Assembly: GCF_000392435.1 (NCBI RefSeq)
Contig: NC_021219.1
Location: forward strand, 1 to 32,000
Direction: 5' to 3'
DNA from: Candidatus Saccharimonas aalborgensis
GTDB lineage: Bacteria; Patescibacteriota; Saccharimonadia; Saccharimonadales; Saccharimonadaceae
DNA: 32,000 nt
In this document: in pieces, positions 27,902 to 32,000 of the stretch
How the letters are laid out: each line of letters starts with the position of its first letter
Numbering within the stretch: the first letter of the stretch is position 1
Translations under genes and position numbers: made by a program
The notes under the pieces: model-generated
Seen by the model: only the letters and a program-made list of their open reading frames with translations
The model's database searches: none
What the model was told of the DNA's origin: nothing

Positions 27902-29182
27902 CTAATTAAAATCGATCAACGCTTGAACAGTTTTTTCGGTCAACAAGCTGTTGGCAATTTCGCGCTGAACTTCTGGTTCATCAAACCGCTTTGCCATATC
28001 GGGGTTATTGGCGTACTGGGTCCTAAACGAGTTGATGCGCTCTGCTAACTCATCGCTCGATGCTTGAATCTTCTCTACCTTGCTCAGTTCGGCAAGTACG
28101 AGACCCGCCTTGACTCGATCCTCTGCAGCAGGACCAGCTTCCTTTTCCAGCCACTCGTCCCGGTCTTTGAAGCCATTTGTCTCAAAGTACTGTTCCGGTG
28201 TCATACCGCGGTACATCAGATTTTGCGTCATGTCTTGCTCAATCGAACGAATCTGATCCTCTCGGAGTACGGACGGCACCGCAACCTTACTCTTTTCGAC
28301 CAACTGCTTCACAAGGCTGTCTTTGAGTTTGTCGGTTGCTTCGCGTTCTTTTTGAGCAGTAATCTCAGACTCGATATCTTTTTTGAGTTCGGCCACATCG
28401 GTAAAGGGTCCGACCTTGGCAGCGAACTCATCAGTAAGTTCCGGCACGACAATCTGATTGACTTTCTTTATAGTGACGGTGAAGATTACTTTTTTTCCTG
28501 CTAACTCTTTAGCGGGATACTTCTGAGGAAATGTCAGAGGAATATCTTTCGTTTCACCAGCTTTCGCGCCAATGAGTGCATCCTCAAATCCAGGGATAAA
28601 CGAATTACTGCCCAGTGTCAGTGGATACTCCTGAGCGGTTCCGCCCTCAAATGCCTCTCCGTCTTTGGTGCCAACGTAGTCGATCACTACCTCATCACCA
28701 GAGACAGCGGCCGCAGAGGTTTCTTTTTTCTCTGAATACCCTTTTTGAATTCTCGTTACTACCTCGTCAATATCGGCTTTTGTCACCGTCACTGGTTCTT
28801 TGACTGCTTGTAATTTTTTGTAGTTACCGAGAGTTACTTTTGGCAAGACATCCCCCTCCGCAGTAAACTCTAGCAGATCACCGGGAACAAACTTTTTAAT
28901 TTCGACCGCGGGACGTTCCAACGCCTGTATCTCATTGTTGAGATATGCTTCCGCTACTGCTTTGGACAGGGCGTTATTGAGCGTCTCCTGCGAGAGTGCT
29001 GATTGGTCAACGTGTTTCGCGACCACATCAAGCGGCGCACGACCTTTACGAAAACCTTGGACCTTAGTTGTTTTAGCGAGATGTTTGAGCGCAACCTGCT
29101 GGGCTGCTTCGAGTTCGGGCGCGCCGATGGAGATCGTCACCAGGACACGCGTATCTGAGAGATGTTTGACAGTCGTTTTCAT
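27902..29182 (-). CDS. tig: Trigger factor
   Basis: FRKGRAPLDVVAKHV, GDEVVIDYVGTKDGEAFEGGTAQEYPLTLGSNSFIPGFEDALIGAKAGE (FKBP-type PPIase) and a helical C-terminus. Confidence 0.95.
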   Translation of the reverse strand: MKTTVKHLSDTRVLVTISIGAPELEAAQQVALKHLAKTTKVQGFRKGRAPLDVVAKHVDQSALSQETLNNALSKAVAEAYLNNEIQALERPAVEIKKFVPGDLLEFTAEGDVLPKVTLGNYKKLQAVKEPVTVTKADIDEVVTRIQKGYSEKKETSAAAVSGDEVVIDYVGTKDGEAFEGGTAQEYPLTLGSNSFIPGFEDALIGAKAGETKDIPLTFPQKYPAKELAGKKVIFTVTIKKVNQIVVPELTDEFAAKVGPFTDVAELKKDIESEITAQKEREATDKLKDSLVKQLVEKSKVAVPSVLREDQIRSIEQDMTQNLMYRGMTPEQYFETNGFKDRDEWLEKEAGPAAEDRVKAGLVLAELSKVEKIQASSDELAERINSFRTQYANNPDMAKRFDEPEVQREIANSLLTEKTVQALIDFN

Positions 29183-29223
29183 AGCTGTTCATTATATCAG
29201 ATTGTGCGCGTAGTGCCGAACTA

Positions 29224-29793
29224 TCAGTATTTGAACAGCAACGCACCCCGCATCCCCATGGTATCGTGCACAGAGCTAGCCGTACCGCACTGTGTCACAA
29301 GCGTATTGAAGTTATTTGTGTCGTCTTGAGAGGGACTTTCAAGCGCATAAAAGACCACCTGAGTATTGGTACCACACGGATAGACCGCCAGACTCTTTGT
29401 CCCGTTAGTCGCGCCACCAGACACCTGCGTATTTACCGGCAAGGCTGTGGTGAACCCTGCTGGTAGCAGATTGGCAGCCACAAGGACATCCTCAAGCGTG
29501 CAGATGTATCTCCCGGTGCCAACGAATCCCGTGGCGCCATCGGTACAAACACCGCCTGCTATCGCAACAGTTGACGACAAACCACCAGCCGGGAAACGAC
29601 CACCGTTATTTGCCGCCCACACGCCAAGTGCTTCAGCAACCTTATGCGCACCGTTTCGCACCTGTGTATCACGGGCCTGCAGCTGAGAATCCATGTAAAT
29701 TACGGTGAGTAGCGTTGCCAAGATAGCAATCACTACTATCACTACTAGTAGTTCAACGATGGTAAATCCCGAACGGACGTGTCGCAATCTCAT
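29224..29793 (-). CDS. Type IV pilin-like / prepilin N-methylation-motif protein
   Basis: MRLRHVRSGFTIVELLVVIVVIAILATLLTVIY: class III signal peptide G/FTxxE followed by a hydrophobic helix. Start placed at 29793. Confidence 0.9.
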   Translation of the reverse strand: MRLRHVRSGFTIVELLVVIVVIAILATLLTVIYMDSQLQARDTQVRNGAHKVAEALGVWAANNGGRFPAGGLSSTVAIAGGVCTDGATGFVGTGRYICTLEDVLVAANLLPAGFTTALPVNTQVSGGATNGTKSLAVYPCGTNTQVVFYALESPSQDDTNNFNTLVTQCGTASSVHDTMGMRGALLFKY

Positions 29794-29841
29794 GTCATAC
29801 ACTATGACAAACATGCCGTAGACGCGCAATAGGCATAAACG

Positions 29842-31194
29842 CTATGAACTGAGGTCACTGACGTCAAATTCGTCTTCTTCGCTGGTTTTTTTGCGGCGCC
29901 GATCCTTGACGGTAGAGACGACCCGCTCAAAGCTCAGTTTTTGCTCATTACTTGTGGTGGTATCCTTCAGCGGATAAGCTTCTGACGCTAATTCTTCATC
30001 GCCGATAAACATGATGTAGGGAATAGCTTTTTTGACGGCAGTCTTGAGCTGCTTATCGATCTTTCGCCCGGTGAAATCAAGCTCAACATTGACTCCTTCA
30101 CCGCGAAATTCCTTTGCCAATTTGGCGGCACCACGCAAGCTATCACCGACGACAATCATATAAATATCAGTTGTTGAGAAAAATGTTGGCAATAACCCAT
30201 GTGTTTCGAGGAAAAGCTGCGTCATCGTCAGCCCAGGTGCAAACCCAACTGCACTGACCGGATCGGCGCCAAACAGGCTCACCAAACCATCATAGCGGCC
30301 ACCACCGAAGAGCGCTCGGTTGTTTTCGGGGTGCGTGTCAAAAAATTCAAACACCGTGCCCGTGTAGTAGTCAAGCCCCCTCATGAGAGTGATGTCAAAT
30401 ACGGCGTTTTTTACTCCTGCACGCTCGAGATGAGTGAAAAGCTCTTGAATTTCTTTGACAGCTTCGCTATCACGGATTGCTTCGGGGAGGTCGGCCATGG
30501 TCTTGGCAGCGAGAAGCTGTGCAATCTTTTGTAGTCCCGTCGGTGCTGCCTCTTGCCCGAAGATGTCAATCGCTTGATCACGAAATGCATCCGACGCAAT
30601 TTTACCTTTTCGATCAAACAGTTTTATCATCAACTGCGCCTGGATCGTGTCAAGCCCCAGGTAGTGTGCCATCATAAAGTTGATCACTTGCCGGTTATTG
30701 ATACGGATGGCAAACATGTCATCAGCGGCGCCAAATGCTTTCATAAGGTCGTACCCCATCGAGATAATTTCTGCCTCAGGCAGTGCACCATCCATGCCGA
30801 AAATATCGCAGTTGAGTTGCCAAAACTCGCGCTCACGACCCCTTTGAGGGCGTTCGTAGCGCATATACTGACCGATGTTGTACCATCGTGCCGGATAGGC
30901 TATCTCCTGACGCCGCGCGGCGATCATACGACTGACACTCGGCGTCATTTCCGGTCGAATCGCTACTCGCCGTTCACCACGGTCAACAAACTGATAGGTT
31001 TGCTCATTGACAAGCTCTTGGCCACTCTTGGCAGCATATACTTCGATCGGCTCGAGTAATGGTGCGTCGTAGGCCTCATAGCCGTAACTTTTGACGATTC
31101 GCCGCCAGGTGCGAAAAATATAATTACGCACACGCATATCTTCGGGATACCAGTCCCGCGCGCCTTTGTACGATTCAGATGAGAGTGAGGTCAT
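29842..31194 (-). CDS. hisS: Histidyl-tRNA synthetase
   Basis: GARDWYPEDM, RPEMTPSVSRMIA, YNIGQYMRYERPQRGREREFWQLNCDIFG, RGLDYYTGTVFEFF, GGGRYDGLVSLFG. Start placed at MTSLSSESYKG (31194). Confidence 0.95.
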   Translation of the reverse strand: MTSLSSESYKGARDWYPEDMRVRNYIFRTWRRIVKSYGYEAYDAPLLEPIEVYAAKSGQELVNEQTYQFVDRGERRVAIRPEMTPSVSRMIAARRQEIAYPARWYNIGQYMRYERPQRGREREFWQLNCDIFGMDGALPEAEIISMGYDLMKAFGAADDMFAIRINNRQVINFMMAHYLGLDTIQAQLMIKLFDRKGKIASDAFRDQAIDIFGQEAAPTGLQKIAQLLAAKTMADLPEAIRDSEAVKEIQELFTHLERAGVKNAVFDITLMRGLDYYTGTVFEFFDTHPENNRALFGGGRYDGLVSLFGADPVSAVGFAPGLTMTQLFLETHGLLPTFFSTTDIYMIVVGDSLRGAAKLAKEFRGEGVNVELDFTGRKIDKQLKTAVKKAIPYIMFIGDEELASEAYPLKDTTTSNEQKLSFERVVSTVKDRRRKKTSEEDEFDVSDLSS

Positions 31195-31244
31195 AGTATC
31201 TGTTATTGTTTCATATTTCCCTGCATCACGCAAGGAAAAGCGGG

Positions 31245-31781
31245 TTAGTTCAACACGTGCTGTTGGAGCCACGCATACATGGCGATCCCTGCTGCCACGC
31301 CGACGTTGATACTACGGGTACTACCAAACTGCTCAATCGCGACAGTTTGCTCAGCGTAGTTGCGGAGTTTCTCAGAGATGCCCGGTCCCTCTGCGCCAAA
31401 TAGCAGCACACAGTCCTCGGGCAATAGTGCCTCGGATAGCAGAGACGCGTCTTCGCAGTTATCCACAGCAATCAGTCTCTTCTTGTACTGCCGCATCGCC
31501 GCCACGAAGCTATCGGCGTTGGCATAGTAATGCACATGCAGGTACTTGTCGGTCATCATGGCACCGCGCTTATTCCACTGGCGGCTGCCAATGATGTGCA
31601 CGTGCCGCACACCAAAGGCATTGGCACTGCGAACGATTGTTCCCATGTTGTAATCGCGTGACACATTATCGAGAGCGATTTCGAGCGAGATTGCGTCGGT
31701 ATCGAGATCAGCCACGATCGCATCGATCGACTTGCCTTTGTAAGCATCGATGAGGTTACGGCTATCGTGAGGGGCTTCCAT
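31245..31781 (-). CDS. TrmH/SpoU-family RNA 2'-O-ribose methyltransferase
   Basis: VRSANAFGVRHVHIIG, LLFGAEGPGISEKL, IEQFGSTRSINVGVAAGIAMYAW. Confidence 0.9.
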   Translation of the reverse strand: MEAPHDSRNLIDAYKGKSIDAIVADLDTDAISLEIALDNVSRDYNMGTIVRSANAFGVRHVHIIGSRQWNKRGAMMTDKYLHVHYYANADSFVAAMRQYKKRLIAVDNCEDASLLSEALLPEDCVLLFGAEGPGISEKLRNYAEQTVAIEQFGSTRSINVGVAAGIAMYAWLQQHVLN

Positions 31782-31795
31782 ATTTTTTAGTATAC

Positions 31796-31819
31796 AAAAA
31801 ACACGCCGATTTCGACGTG
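31796..31819 (-). terminator. Intrinsic terminator for a minus-strand transcript entering from the right edge
   Basis: Minus strand CACGUCG-AAAU-CGGCGUG hairpin (31802-31819) followed by TTTTTT (31796-31801). Confidence 0.7.
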
Positions 31820-31845
31820 CTGACTATGAGCTAGAGAGGGTTTTC

Positions 31846-31971
31846 CCCGAGAGACAGGTCTCACCTACCATTCGCGCCGAAGCGCCAGGTCAGTGATCCA
31901 GTGTCTCTCGGGTATTCACCCCCTACGCGGTTGGAGTTCTGGCACGGCGCGGTGAAGCGCAGTGCCAGAAC
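31846..31971 (-). ncRNA. Candidate structured RNA (3' portion), family unknown; probably continues beyond the right edge
   Basis: Inverted repeats CCCGAGAGACA/TGTCTCTCGGG (31846-31856/31902-31912) enclose a second stem and a GCGC-UUCG-GCGC tetraloop hairpin (31874-31885). A second hairpin GTTCTGGCAC/GTGCCAGAAC lies at 31936-31971. No ORF of 60 aa or more, and a minus-strand terminator follows. Confidence 0.5.
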
Positions 31972-32000
31972 CAGGACGGACTACTTCTTGGACCGGTCGA

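Noticed and set aside
28064-28504. 146 aa plus-strand ORF (and 28935..29213)
   Set aside because: Antisense to tig; shadow ORFs.
30553-31059. 168 aa plus-strand ORF
   Set aside because: Antisense to hisS, with low-complexity, non-protein-like translation.
31820-32000. Region considered as tmRNA, RNase P or 6S RNA
   Set aside because: I could not find the tmRNA 3' T-arm/CCA or the RNase P conserved core motifs in the visible part, so no family is assigned.

Overview
This 32 kb window looks like a chromosomal region from a reduced genome of the Candidatus Saccharibacteria (TM7) / CPR type. That taxonomic call is an inference from gene content and protein style. Most housekeeping genes are on the minus strand: trmH/spoU-like, hisS, type IV pilin-like, tig, clpP, rpoB, rpoC, rpsL, rpsG and, after a ~7.8 kb interruption, fusA. 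The left part (~1.8-7.5 kb) is a nucleotide-metabolism-like island. It holds two NUDIX-domain proteins (one fused to a GrpB domain), a P-loop NTPase and a guanylate-kinase-like protein. It also holds a plus-strand three-gene unit: a PurN-like formyltransferase split by an apparent frameshift, a ThyX-family protein with a degenerate signature motif, and a ~483 aa protein of unknown function with histidine/glutamate-rich motifs. The best leads are: (1) that three-gene unit; (2) an RpoC that has lost the Cys residues of both conserved zinc-binding sites and has NADYDGD instead of NADFDGD; (3) a perfect CIRCE operator overlapping a sigma70-like promoter upstream of clpP; (4) a strongly structured, apparently non-coding minus-strand transcript end at the right edge of the window; (5) a ~108 nt multi-hairpin element between tig and clpP. 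I saw no CRISPR array, transposon, tRNA or rRNA.
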